The notes: generated by a model from the sequence alone, not told the origin. A DNA stretch of 64,000 bases from Eledone cirrhosa (GCA_964016885.1 OZ024745.1:46066001-46130000); one strand, 5' to 3'. Shown: positions 13,790-28,976, counted from the stretch's first letter. A program made the numbers and translations.

Positions 13790-14190
13790 ACTGAAATAGA
13801 TACAACCCTTTGAGTTCTGTCAGTCCTTACTCACTTATATATAAAACTCCTCTGGGTTCTGACTGTCAGAATACCTCATCAGTGGTCCTCAGTTATTTAA
13901 ATACATACAACTCCTCGGGTTCTGCCAGCCCTTCTATCCCAAAATTGATCCCTTGTCAGTTAAATAGATACAACTCCTCTGAGTTCTGTCGGTCCTTACT
14001 CTCATCAAATATCCTTATTCTCTTAAACACATACAATTCCCCTGAGTTGTGTCGGTCCTTCTACCTCATCAATGATCCTCAGAGTCTTCTCCCTAGGTTC
14101 TGTTACTCATTCCTCCTATCGTTCATTCTCAGTCACTTCATTACAGGCACCTCTCCTGTGTTCTGCTAGTTCCTCCTTCAATGATCAAGT
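13790..14190. repeat. Diverged ~63-bp tandem repeat, about 6 units
   Basis: TAAATAGATACAACTCCTCTGAGTTCTG-like motif recurs near 13898, 13961 and 14024. Confidence 0.7.
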
Positions 14191-14340
14191 GGTATGGTAT
14201 TTTGAACCCTGCACCAATCCTTATTTAAACTAACCAGGTATGTCTTGCTGCATTCTTTATATAACCCAAACCGAATATCTCAAACCACTTAGAGGCTGGG
14301 TTCATCCGTAACTGTTCTTACGATTTATAGGAAAATCATA

Positions 14341-14556
14341 ACGGTTTCTCATTTAGGCACAACACCAGAAATTTTGGAAGAAGGGAAAGTCGATTATTTC
14401 GACCCCAGTATATGACTGGTACTTTATTTTATCGATCCCTAAAGGATGAAAGGTAGAGTTGACTTTGACGAGATTTCAACTCAGAACGCAAAGAGCCTGG
14501 AAAATAACACAAAGGCAGTTTGACAGACACTCTATCAATTTTGCCAATCCATTGCC
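14341..14556 (-). mobile_element. SINE family A, diverged long form
   Basis: Reverse complement match to consensus. Confidence 0.75.
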
Positions 14557-14589
14557 TAATAAAAAGAAAGTCTAAAGTCTATCTCGAGC

Positions 14590-14820
14590 TCGGAGGCTCA
14601 TCAGGCCGGTGCTTATCACGGTTTCCGTGGCATGAAGTGACTGTGAGTACAAGACTACCTCCTAGACAGTCCATCGGAGTGTTAAACCCCCAGCTATTGC
14701 TGGTACTCATTTTCAGTTGAATATACTGGAGCGATGTGAAACAACCCAGTCCAGGAATCAAACCCACAACATTATTATTGTAAATTCAACACCCTTACCA
14801 CTAAGCCACGCGCCTCAATG
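14590..14820 (-). mobile_element. Second SINE family copy
   Basis: Minus-strand head GGCGCGTGGCTTAGTGGTAAGGG and GGTTTGATTCC box; body shared with 2510-2705. Confidence 0.6.
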
Positions 14821-16241
14821 CCTAATAATAAGGATTGCCAAAATTGAGAGGGTCAAGTATATTTCAATGCCAATAAGACCACTATCAGGTAAAACAAAGA
14901 ATGTCTTCGTGAATAGAAAGGGTTGTCAGCTCTTTTACTTCCTAGATCCTATCCAGGCCTTCTGGGCCCTTGACGAACCGATCTCAACAATCTTTATACA
15001 TTACCTTCTCCTCAGGTTTTGGACTTCTAAATGAAAGAAAGATATCGGAAAAATTAACAAAACAATCAAATACATTATTGGCAAAATACGCTTCGGGGCC
15101 AGAGTCAACCTCACCTCCATGCAGTAGTCCCTGGAAAAGCATTTGTTTAATGCTTTGCTGATGAGGCTTTGTATATGAAAAAATATGTTGGAGAACGATA
15201 ATGATATACATAGATACATAGACACAAGCATACACACATATATGTCGCAACAGTTCATCGCATATTTGTAGATCATCAGAAAGAATGAGGCATGAAAAGA
15301 AAGAACGAAAATACACTTCTTAAAAGTACACAAAAATCTATCCTAAATAAATGGCTACTTATTAATGATAAGACTTTAGCATTAACTCCAAACACTTCTA
15401 TTTAGAAATACTCATACAAAAATACTAATAAATTAATAGTGATTTCTAAAACAGATATAGTCATCGATTTTGGATAAAGAGCACAGTCAATTATCGCAAC
15501 CCTAGTATTTAATTGTGAATTATTTATATTGACCCTAGAAGAATGAAAGGCGATGTCGTCTTCGGTGGTATTTTAATTCAGAACCTCAAGCAAACCATAT
15601 ACTGAAATTTATTTTTCACTGCGCGTTACTGATTCTGCTATTCAGAGCATACAGAATAAATATATCCATATTAACTAATTGTGTCGGGATGAAGTAAGTT
15701 TACCAATGATGTAAGTGTCGTTTAGTAAGTCCAGTCCGCTGGGTTATAAAGAAAGGTTAGCCAATGTTAACATTTATTAGTAATGAAATGAATCATTCTT
15801 TGGAGATAGTGGATGCTAACACAACAAAGAACAGTTGACATTCTTTTTCTTATATAATGGAATTGTTATGGCGACTACCGAAAAGCCAAAAAAGTCCCTG
15901 TCAACTAGTATCTATCTCTGATTGACACCATTTCAATTCAAGCAAATTACCACCAAATTGAACTTTCCATATTTTTTCTCCGACAAGTTCATAGGGTCCT
16001 TGTAGTTTGTCACAATGACTTCATTTTTATATTATGAAATGAACTGATTAAGCTTAGTAACATTTGATATTTCTGAGCGTTATGAAAAGATGACATTGAT
16101 ACAAATGATTGCAAACAAAACAACCAAACCACTTTTGAAAAATAGGTTGTTTCCCCTATTATTAATAATTAATTTGTATAATAGCAAAATCATAATTTCC
16201 ATAATATCAAACTAAATTAATTTATGAGTTATTATTATCAT

Positions 16242-16685
16242 AAGGGCGGTGGATTGGTAGAATCGGTAGAGCGTCGGACAACATGCTTCGTGACATAGAG
16301 TTATGGTCCTTTACATTCTGAGTTCAAATCCTGTCGAGATTAGCTTTGCCTTTCGTCTTTACGGGGTCGATAAAATAAGTACCAGTAACGCACTGGGGTC
16401 GATTCAATCTACATTCCCTTCCCCAAAAATTGCTGGCCTTCTGCCTAAATCAGAAATCTTTATAATCATGGGCAGTGGATTGGGAGTCGGTAGAGCGTCA
16501 GACAACATGCTTAGTGACATATAGTTACGGCCCTTTACGTTCTGAGTTCAAATCCCGCCGAGGTTATCTTTGCCTTTCATTCTTACGGGGTCGATAAAAT
16601 AAAGCACCAGTTATGCACTGGGGTCGATTCAATCGACTTCCCCCCCCCCCCCCAAATTGCTGGCCTTGTGCCTATAGTAGAAATA
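16242..16685 (+). mobile_element. Two tandem SINE family A copies (long form)
   Basis: Units at about 16242-16460 and 16470-16685. Confidence 0.9.
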
Positions 16686-16766
16686 CTTATCATTATTGGT
16701 GTTGTTTCTATTTCATCGAAATGTATGCACAGTGACCAGTATTGCTATCTTTTAATGTTTTATATG

Positions 16767-16848
<82 letters not shown>

Positions 16849-17394
16849 TCCATAGAACCTATTATTTTAGGGACTGTTGTTTCTGTTTTCATCGTCCAAA
16901 TTTGGATATTTCCATTTCTTAGTCATTTTTTTTAAATGATTTTTTTTAAATTATGTCACCGCAATTTTTTAATATATGTATATGTATGTATGTTTTTTTT
17001 TAACATCTGATAATCGAAATCCGTTGCATAATTGAAGCTAGATATTGCTGGCATATCCCATCACAGTCTTATATAATCTATTAAACATTAATTGGAGGCC
17101 ACAGACAGCTTCAAAATAACATCAACTGAAAAAAAAACGCTTTCATTACTATCTTATTTCTTCTGTTTCTTTTAATATATTTTTTTCTTTTCTGGCACAT
17201 TCTTATTGCGACAGGTTAGAGTGACATTATGTCACTGTACCTGCTGTTGTTGTTGTTTAGCTCCCAGATCAGCTCCAGGGATCAATAAATAAGTCCCTAA
17301 ACACCTTTACTGTTTTGCAGCGTTGTGGAAATATCTAAAGCAGTGGAAGGGTTGGGTGATGTTATAACCTATAATATGATTTGGCATTGGGGAA

Positions 17395-17545
17395 TATGGA
17401 CTGTGTAGTAGGAAATGCAGGCTTAGTCATTTCCTTAGTGTAATCAGAGCAAGAAGTGATAAAAACTAGGTTTGTCAGCTTGCCAAACTGTAAGTTGAAA
17501 TTATTACATTTTGGGAAAGGAGGCTCACGTTTTAGGCATTTGCCT
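17395..17545 (+). repeat. Old dispersed repeat, unclassified
   Basis: Homologous to 32850-33010 (+) and partly to 33835-33875 (-): AAAAACTAGGTTTGTCAG..CCAAACT.TAAGTTGAAATTA. Confidence 0.65.
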
Positions 17546-18569
17546 ACAAATGCCCTTCGTTCATGGAAAGGCTTGAACTCGGGATTATAACTAAAGTAAA
17601 TCAATAAATATTCCATCCGGCCAGGTACGAATGTGTAATAAAAGAAAAGTGTATCTGCAGCTCATTTGAAGTTGTGTATTTTATTTTCCTTTTTTTACTA
17701 TTTTAGTCAGGGCAAGACACAGGATACTTTAGTTCTCCAGGACTTCTACACGTTAACTTCACAATCAAGTTATTCCGTTGATCGAATAACTGGGATATTC
17801 ATCGTCATTACCGGTGGCGGTCCATTGACGTTCTTCATTATTTAGAAGTGTTGATCGGAATAGAGTTCACGGTACGCTACCAGAAAAACAAGTTCCTGAC
17901 TTGATTTTTGCACTCACTTAATCCCAATTCAATAGTATTACTTATAACCAGAATAAGTCACTCTTTGTATATTTAATTATCGTTGAACAGATGTATACAA
18001 CGATGAAAGTATTTTAGTGAAAATAAGGATTAAACAGGAAGAAAGAAAAAAAAAGAGACAAAAAGTGGGAAATTAAATAATGAGAAGAGAAGGTAAAAAG
18101 AGAGACAAACTCTACACCCTTGACTGAGCAATATATCTCATTTGTGCCCAGGAAACAAAACTGTGAAAGCATTGCTGCAGAGAACAAACAACCAGTGACA
18201 CCCGCTACATCGGACATTCCACCTCAAGGGGCTCCTTCCTCAGGCAGGATGCAATCCTTTTGATTTCGCGGAGAAGAAACGGCAGTCCGCAGACCGGGGA
18301 CCGAAGACACCGGAGGTCTCGACGGCAAATCGACTCAAAAAAGAAGCAGTCAATCAAGTCTCAGTATTTTGGATACCTTCCGCTCATCGGCAATACAAGC
18401 TACAGAACCTCTGAGATTAGTGATCGATGTGACAAAATTAGATCCGAAGAACATGTCGCAGCTTGTCACTATTTTCATCTATAAGTCTGAAAGAAAGAAA
18501 TGTATGTTTCAATCATTAGTTTTTCCTTTTTTCTTCTTTCATCCACTTCGTTTACATTATTTTATCGTA

Positions 18570-18759
18570 AGGGTGGTGGATTGGCAGTATCGGTAGAGGG
18601 TCGGACGCCATGCTTTCCCGCATAGTTACGTCCCTTTACGATCTGAGTTCAAATCCCGCCGAGGTTGACTTTGCCTTTCATCCTTACGGGGTCGATAAAA
18701 TAAAGTACCAGTAATGAACTGGGTAATTGCTGGCTTTGTGCCTAAAGTAGAAACAATTA
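18570..18759 (+). mobile_element. SINE family A, short form, full length
   Basis: Near-consensus; 13-bp TSD ATTATTTTA(T/A)CGT with one mismatch. Confidence 0.9.
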
Positions 18760-19711
18760 TTTTAACGTCTTTTTTCACACTTTTGTTCGTTATTTTTTTA
18801 TCATTTCTTTCATCTTTCTACAATTACAAAACATTCCCTACAGCCCTAAAAATATCGTAATCTGTTCTTTTTTTTCCCCCCATCAATTTCGTTTACTATT
18901 TTTTTTTAAATTTCGTTTATTTATTTTCTTAGATCTATCTATCTACCTACCGCCACCGAACAACCCCATTTACCTTTTTTCTCACTTTCTTTTTCTTTTA
19001 TGTAGACGCTTAAAGACTCACAAACTTACCACCGCCCCACCCTTCTAACTCATTACCCATATTATTATATTCCCCACTATAGACCTTTTCATGTCAGATT
19101 TATCCTACTTCACAGTCATTCACCCTTTCTTGATACAGTAGCGACAGCAATTTCTTTTGCAATCTATTGAGTTCAGGAGCGATTACTCTTTTAGCGACAT
19201 CAGTTACAGCCTTTTTGCCATTCATCATAAATAATTAATTGTTTGTAATAATAATAATAATAATAGTTGCTTCTCTGATAAACATCTGTTCTCTCTCTCC
19301 CTTTCTCTTTCTCTCACTCCCTTTGTTTCTCTCTTCCTTCCTTTCTCTTTCTCTTCCTTTCTTTATCTCTCTCTCTCTCTTTCTTTCTTTCTCTCTCCCT
19401 TTCTCTCTCCGTTTCTCTCTCCCTTTCCTTCCTACCTCGGTCTATAAACTACATTACATAGCTCATTCTTTTTCTCACCACACCTCTGCTTTTCTCATTC
19501 ACTTTACTTTCTCGGTGAATTTGCATTTAATGCGTTGTATAAATAAATACTTTCTAATCCACTTCGCTCTCTTCCTCCTTTTTCTTTCTTTCTCCCTCAC
19601 TTTCACTTTCTGTTCTTACTATCTTCCGTTTATATATGGAATTTGTTGTTGAAACAGCAAGAGCTCAGCCGTCGGGCCCTGACTCTCCACTATATATATA
19701 TATATATATAC

Positions 19712-20745
19712 GGAACCGATGTTTCGGCGCTGAATTACAGGACATAGTGTAGTTCCGGTGCGCCCGAGGTCTTTTATTAATCAAAAGGCCAGGTGGAAAG
19801 GGAGAGAGAAAATGAGAGGAGAAAAGGAAAGAGAGGGAAAGGAGGAAAAACAGGGGGGGATGAGGAGAGAGGGAGAGGGGGGAAATAGGAAATGAAAGGA
19901 AGAAACAAAGTGTACAGATCCCATCGTGGGAAGACACAGGTGAAAGAAACATGCAAAAAAAGTAACCGTGGAAAAATAGCTGACCCAGTATTTTTGAGGC
20001 TTTCAATCAATCATATCAATCCTAGTAAGTATTTTAGTCTAGTACCTATTTTATCAATTTGCCAAAGTTGAGACACACGTATTTTGTAAATTTTCTAAAG
20101 CTGCAGTAGAAAATATTTGACTAAAATGCTCCACAGTGGAATTGAACCAGGAACCATGTGGTTGTGAAACAGACTTCTTAATAACACAGCAACGTTTTTG
20201 CAGAGAAGGAACAAAATTACATCAACTCCAGTACTTCATTAGTATATAATATATTCTGCAGCCCATCCATATAGAATGAAAGGCAAAGCTAACCATACCA
20301 GGATAATGAACTTATTACCAAATCATTACCCAATACTGAAAAGCATTGTGTCCAACACTCTACTGATTCTACCAATACACTGGACTTAACTTTCCCTTGG
20401 TCTTAAAAGTAGAATACCAACCATGACAATGTAGCAAAGATAAGATAAGCACAATCTTGTACAAAATGTGAGTTTTCTTTTAAATCTTCCCTATTTTTCC
20501 ACGGTTACTTTTTTCATGTTTCTTTCACTTGTGTCTTCCAACGATGGGATCTATACACTTTTTTCTTCCATTCCTTTCCTATTTTCCCCCTCTCCCTCTC
20601 TCCTCACCCCCCCCCCCTGTTTTTCCTCCTTTCCCTTTCTTTCCTTTTCTCTCTCCTTTTCCACCTGGCCTTTTGATTAATAAAAGGCCTCGGGCGCACC
20701 GGAACTACACTATGTCCTGTAATTCAGCGCCGAAACATCGGTTCG
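19712..20745. repeat. Inverted duplication, ~265-bp arms with ~510-bp spacer
   Basis: 19712-19979 is the reverse complement of 20491-20745; ORFs 19665..20006(-) and 20529..20804(+) share a peptide. Confidence 0.85.
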
Positions 20746-20831
20746 GGATACATTTACAGCTGACGATGGAAAATCCTTTCTTCCTCTCTCCTCCTTGTTT
20801 TTAGTAACCACACAGCTCCTTTCGTTTCATA

Positions 20832-20911
<80 letters not shown>

Positions 20912-20977
20912 TAGAAAGTGAGGGTTTTTTTACAAAATGAAAAATAACCGAGGTGTCCTACACGAGTGAAAGTATAA

Positions 20978-21298
20978 AGAAAAAGGGATGAAATCGAAAA
21001 TGCAACTGGAGTCTTATTTTTTTTTAAATAAATATATTTATTTGGTTCCTTTACCGGTTTCGCAGTTCTTCTGCTTTTCAAAAGTAGAGTTGAGATGGAG
21101 GGTCTGTGGTTTTTCTCACATCCGAGATGTGAGAAAAACCATGTGAGAAAACGATGTGAGAAAAACCACAGACCTTCCATCTCAACTCTACTTTTGAAAA
21201 GCAGAAGAACTGCGAAACCGGTAAAGGAACCAAATAAATATATATATTTTTTTTTAAATAAGTCTCCAGTTGCATTTTCGATTTCATCTTTTTTTCTA
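20978..21298. mobile_element. Fold-back element (~145-bp arms) between (TA)n tracts, one hammerhead-like motif per arm
   Basis: About 20978-21122 is the reverse complement of 21152-21298; centre has short GATGTGAGAAAA duplications. Confidence 0.85.
21191..21226 (+). ncRNA. Minimal hammerhead-like motif with U3-A8 variant core (mirror copy 21049-21084, minus)
   Basis: CTT-TTGAAAA-GCAG aagaa CTGC-GAAA-CCGG-TA-AAG; palindromic ACCGGT stem III, GUA site. Confidence 0.55.
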
Positions 21299-21300
21299 TA

Positions 21301-21338
<38 letters not shown>

Positions 21339-21369
21339 ATATATATTTATATATATATTTATATATATT

Positions 21370-21433
<64 letters not shown>

Positions 21434-21515
21434 AAGTTATATTTAAAATTGTTGGGTTACAACTAGTAAATATTTATAACTGATATAAAAGCACTCGACA
21501 AATACTTGGAGTATA

Positions 21516-21804
21516 TTTACAATATTAAATAAATGGAAAACTATATTTATAAAACCATATTTATTTCATTATATATATTTCGGGGATATCATATTAACAA
21601 TATGCTATGCCTTCATCAGACAAAATACAATATAAACAGTTTTATAGATAAATATATTCGACATACCGTAATAAACATCAACTTCATTTGAAGAGGTTCA
21701 CTCTAGCAGAGTGTTAATATGATATGTTAATATGATATCCCCGAAATATATATAATGAAATAAATATGGTTTTATAAATATAGTTTTCCATTTATTTAAT
21801 ATTG

Positions 21805-21806
<2 letters not shown>
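21516..21806. mobile_element. Fold-back element (~84-bp arms) between (TA)n tracts
   Basis: 21516-21599 is the reverse complement of 21725-21806; related copy at 46916-47030. Confidence 0.8.
21562..21627 (-). ncRNA. Minimal type I hammerhead ribozyme motif
   Basis: TATTTTGT-CTGATGA-stem II-GAAA-TATATA-TA-ATGAAATA: 8-bp stem I (2 GU), canonical core. Confidence 0.65.
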
Positions 21807-21837
<31 letters not shown>

Positions 21838-21846
21838 ATATAAATT

Positions 21847-21885
<39 letters not shown>

Positions 21886-22050
21886 ATATTTATTTATATA
21901 TATATATATATATTTATTTATATATATATATATATATTTATTTATATATATATATATTTATTTATATATATATATATATTTATTTATATATATATATTTA
22001 TTTATATATATATATATTTATTTATATATATATATATATATTTATTTATT

Positions 22051-22104
<54 letters not shown>

Positions 22105-22110
<6 letters not shown>

Positions 22111-22447
22111 TAACAGATTAAAGTTTAAGCAAAGAATCGCTGCTTTCACCCTTAACGGGATCTTCTGAAACTAACAAAGTCAATCTGTAAACGCAGAACT
22201 GGATATTTCAAAAAACGTTGCAACCGGAGGAAGACAGGAAGACGATACTTTGGTTCGTGGAAACGTTCCCTGGCAAAGAACGGGGAAAAACGAATATAAT
22301 ACGTCATAAAAAAGGGGCGGTGAAAAACAATTACGCGCAAAGACAGAACCACGTTTATGGTATAAAAGAGGTCGTAGACTAATGTTCTCTTAGGTGGTTC
22401 ATAGAGACGTAGCGATTCTTTGCTTAAACTTTAATCTGTTATTTTAA
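22105..22447. repeat. Element with perfect ~37-bp terminal inverted repeats next to (TA)n
   Basis: TTAAAATAACAGATTAAAGTTTAAGCAAAGAATCGCT at 22105-22141 and its reverse complement at 22411-22447. Confidence 0.75.
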
Positions 22448-22525
22448 TAAATATTTGCTCTACGGTTCTTATATATTTGATATATATTTATCCTTATCGA
22501 GCCCTCTTTGGATTTTAGTCTTCAA

Positions 22526-22561
<36 letters not shown>

Positions 22562-22576
22562 ATATATATATATTTA

Positions 22577-22607
<31 letters not shown>

Positions 22608-22684
22608 TTTTTTTTTTTTCTGATTTTTGCGTTTCGCTTCGCTTTTCCTGCCCGCCGAAATGCGATTCTCGCTGAATCTTTATT

Positions 22685-22725
<41 letters not shown>

Positions 22726-22899
22726 AGAGAGAGAGACAGAGAGATGAGTTGTTACTCGTTAAAACCAGTAAGAACAATATTCCAAATACACTTATACTTA
22801 AAAAAAAGTACTGTAGCTATTTCAGTTGGGGCAAGTTACATTGCCTGGTTCGGTCTGTGTATTGATCTGTGTGAGCTCTACCAGATTGACTTTAGCTAG

Positions 22900-23344
22900 A
22901 TTACAAGAAGCGATGTTTTGTGCGAAGTTAGGAGGTTTGACGGTATTTCTGTTGTAAATCTTATTTATGGTGACAGTTTTCTGGAGAAAGTGCTATTAAG
23001 AAGTGTAAAGAAGGCCTTAACTAAAGGTGTGGCGCTTCGGCATTGTGAGGAGGGTTGAACTAAATAATTTTCGTGAAAGGACGATTAGTTTCTCATTGAG
23101 TCCACTCTGTTTTACGGCTGCTTGCTAATGATCTGTTCATTTGCAGATAGGCTGGAGATCGGATGGTAGGATAGTCAATTGGTGAAGGAAGGTTTCTCGT
23201 TCCGTTTATGGTAAGAATCCAAAAGACCATTCTCTGGATTTAGAGTTACATTCAGGAGGTTTTTACTTCTAAGGTACGTTTGTGTGGTGATTTTAGATCC
23301 GAGTTTCTTGAAGAATTTTATGAGATTTTTTCGAAACCGGTCTG

Positions 23345-23376
<32 letters not shown>

Positions 23377-23420
23377 GGGGTAACTACTCCATCGTCTCGA
23401 TATAAGCCCTCCACCCTCCT
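22900..23420 (-). mobile_element. Penelope-like retroelement reverse transcriptase remnant
   Basis: GLYRDDG..RKNLIKFFKKLGSKIT..LLNVTLN..YHKRNEKP and downstream FNPP and NKIYNRNTVK motifs typical of PLE RT; frameshifted, with a (CAG)n insert. Confidence 0.75.
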
Positions 23421-23717
23421 AAGGACGTGAACTATTCTATCATTTTATGGATGATGTATGGACTAATCAGTTCGGTTTTTTCCCCCTCGACATCCCTACA
23501 TAACAATTTAACGTACCACAACGCTTAAAACACTTCCCATACATTAACTTAGATGTTAGAATTAATGCAACGATGCAGGCTATCCTGTTGACCGAACAAC
23601 TAGAGCACTAGTCGTCGAGACCGACGGAGGTCCATTTCGACACAAATCCCTCTCCTTATTCTCTCTATTATACCCTGTGTTTTTCCGTCACATGCACACA
23701 CACACACACACACACAA

Positions 23718-23763
<46 letters not shown>

Positions 23764-23984
23764 TCTCTGTATAATTGACTAACTCTCTATTTTGCACACT
23801 CTCTCTCTTTGTATCTCTCTCTCCCCCTCTCTCTCTCTTTGTATCTCTCTCTCTCTCCCTCTCTCCGTATACGTGACTGACTTGCTCTCTCTCCCTCTCT
23901 CCCTCTCTTCCTTTATTTTTTTTCTCCATTGTTTTATTGTCTTTGACAACATGTTTCTTCTCTTTCTCTATATTTGTATTGCTA

Positions 23985-25705
<1,721 letters not shown>

Positions 25706-26117
25706 TCTCACTTCTTCATTGTTTTGCTATTTAACCTCCACTCGTCACTCTTCTCCCTTTCAATATTTTCACACATTTCCAACACTGAAACAATCCTTCT
25801 CTAAACACTCCAACTCTTACCCTATCTCACTTACCCCTCTCTCTCGCTCTCTATCTCTATCTCGCTCTCTCTCTCTCTCTTTCTTTATATATCTCTCTCC
25901 TCTTCTCTCCCTTACCCTATCTCACTTACATCACTCTCTCTCTATCTCTATCTCTTTCTCCTTCTCTCTCTCTCTTTCTTTATCCCTCTCTCTTTCTTTA
26001 TCTCTCTTTCTTTATCTCTCTTTCTTTATCTCTCTCGCCCATTCTCTCTCTCCTCTCACACTTCATTTTCCTCACCATCCGCCATCCTCACTCGCTCTCC
26101 ATCTCTCTCCGCCTCTT

Positions 26118-26177
<60 letters not shown>

Positions 26178-26254
26178 AGTCTCTTTTTCACTCTCTCACC
26201 ATAAACCTATAAATCCTCACTCGCTTTCCATCTCCTTCATATTCTACCCCCTCC

Positions 26255-26327
<73 letters not shown>

Positions 26328-26894
26328 ACACGCGCACACTCAAGCTTCATTCTCATCAATATTCATAGCGACCGACCGACCACTGTTCATCGTTGGCCGG
26401 TAAACGGCCGTGTCACCCGTTAAATCCACTCACTATAAACACCCCGACCCATAACTCTCGCCATCATCATCATCATCATCATCATCATCATTTCCGTTGC
26501 AGACGTTTCCACCGCCGCCATTATTGCATGACCTGATACGCCATTATTTCACTGGTATCATTGTTTGCATCTCAATCAAGTAGCTTGCAATCTTAGCGAC
26601 AACAGCTCTCTAAAGAAAGGTGAGACCATCCTACGGGGTTATATATAAAACCTAGTAAAAACTAGTTGTCGGAGAACTCAGTCAGCAAGACGATTTAATT
26701 GTATAAATATATATATAAACGAAATTTCATTTCTCACTCTTAGTACGGCACTTACTTAAATGTAAGTATGTATGTATGTATACGTACATACATATATATA
26801 TACAGACGTACAGTAGTATGTATATATATATATACATACATGCACACATATATATATCGGTTATATATACATTATATATGCTTTGACACAGAGT

Positions 26895-27065
26895 TACAGT
26901 TCAAATCCCGCCGAGGTTAACTTTGCCTTTCATCCTTACGGGGTCGATAAAATAAAGTACCAGTAATGTACTGGGATAATTGCTGGCCTTGTGCCAAAAT
27001 TAGAAACAATTATATATATATATACATTATATATATACATATATATATATGTGTGTGTGTGTGTG

Positions 27066-27123
<58 letters not shown>

Positions 27124-27240
27124 TATATATAATTGTTTCTACTATTGGCACAAGGCCAGCAATTATCCAGTATATTACTGGTACTTTATTTTATCGACCC
27201 CGTAAGGATAAAAGGCAAAGTTAACTAACCTCGGCGGGAT
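26895..27240. mobile_element. Two truncated SINE A copies, tail-to-tail around (TA)/(TG) repeats
   Basis: 26895-27012 (+) and 27131-27240 (-). Confidence 0.85.
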
Positions 27241-27351
27241 TATAATATTATACAGTGTAGGTTATTGAGTGAAATACTGATGGTGTTACCAAAACAAGCA
27301 CTCAACGCACAGGCATATATGTATATATATATATGTGTGTGTGTGTATGTA

Positions 27352-27446
<95 letters not shown>

Positions 27447-27675
27447 AAATAGGGCTGTGTGGTTACTAGGAAAAATTATAAAGAAACACGTGGGGGAAAA
27501 CAAAATGGGGAACAGAAAACAATGAGAGATAGAAAGAAATAGAGGGACGATTCCTGTGGATCATCATCTGTGGATCATTATAGTTTCGAAACTGATCCAC
27601 AGAAGACAGTCGTTGAGCGGGATTCGTCCCTGTATTTCTGACTTCTGTGTTTTCTGTTACCCTTTTTTCCCACGT

Positions 27676-27900
27676 ATTTCTTCTTCTTTTTCTTCTTCTT
27701 CTTCTTCTCCTTCTTCTTCTTCTTCTTCTTCTTCTTCTTCTTCTTCTTCGCCCACTTATTCCTGAGAGGGTCATGAGAGCAGAGCCCTCAAACACTCCTT
27801 CCAGTGGGTCCTGTCAGAAACAACTGTCTACAACTAATCCAACTGGATCCTCAAGCGAGACCAGCCAATCTCATGGATGTTATCCAACCATCTTGCTCGG
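27676..27900 (-). mobile_element. RTE-clade LINE 3' end with (GAA)n tail
   Basis: Homologous to 7991-8155; (TTC)n at 27676-27749 is the tail. Confidence 0.75.
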
Positions 27901-28249
27901 CATATGTGACATTAGTGCTATATTACTGTCAGCTAGTTATATACAATATTACTGTATGGGACTAACTGACATATGTATGAATATATGTTGGATTATAACG
28001 AAAATTGTGAGCTCTGCTATGTTTTTATGGGGTTTTATTTATTCATGCCTTTTATTTATTATACATAGCGTATCAATTATTGTTGGTACTGTTTCTGATC
28101 TCATAACTCACAACTTATTTCCATTTCGAGGACGTTGTACTTCAATAGCTTTCCACTTCCGTCCGGGCGGAGTTTTGACCGGAAGAGATTGAACGTCTCT
28201 ATTATTGTTATACCAATATTAGAAATATTAATTCTATTGTTTTTCTTAT

Positions 28250-28333
28250 GATCACCATCACCATCATTACCTCATCATCATCATCATCATTATCATCATC
28301 ATCATCATCATCATCACCATCACCATCATTACC

Positions 28334-28364
<31 letters not shown>

Positions 28365-28565
28365 TATCATCATCATCATCATCATCACCACCATCATTAC
28401 CTCATCATCATCATCATTATCATCATCATCATCATCATCACCACCATCATTACCTCATCATCATCATCATTATCATCATCATCATCACCACCATCATTAC
28501 CTCAGCATCATCATCATTATCACCATTACCATCATCATCACCACCATTACCACCATCATCACCAT
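28250..28565. repeat. (CAT/CAC)n compound trinucleotide repeat
   Basis: Read directly. Confidence 0.95.
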
Positions 28566-28976
28566 AGTGTCTTCTCTCTAGTCATATCGACGTCATCTTT
28601 AATTTTAACTATAAAGTATTAAACCTCCTCATTTAGTTATTTTTTTCTTGACATGATAATCCTATATTGACAATGTTGTTATTTGGGATTAGAACGTTGA
28701 GTCTGTGGTCTCCAACACTTAAGAGTGGAAACAATAGTTACAGAGAAAATATGGTTATTGAATTACAATATGTGCCATAGACTGTTGCCGATCTATTCTG
28801 ATATAACATCAATCCGTAACAGGTTAAAATCATTGTTAAATTGGAATAGAAACTGCTAAAATATGTATTACATAGACAACGAACTATATATATTGTTATA
28901 GTTTGGGAGGGTCATATCCCCAATAAAAACACACGCACCAAATGTTTTTCACTTTAGTTTTATTATTAGTCATGAT

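Noticed and set aside
18130-18480. GC-richer stretch with short ORFs
   Set aside because: Stops or no recognisable motif in the frames checked; could not be assigned
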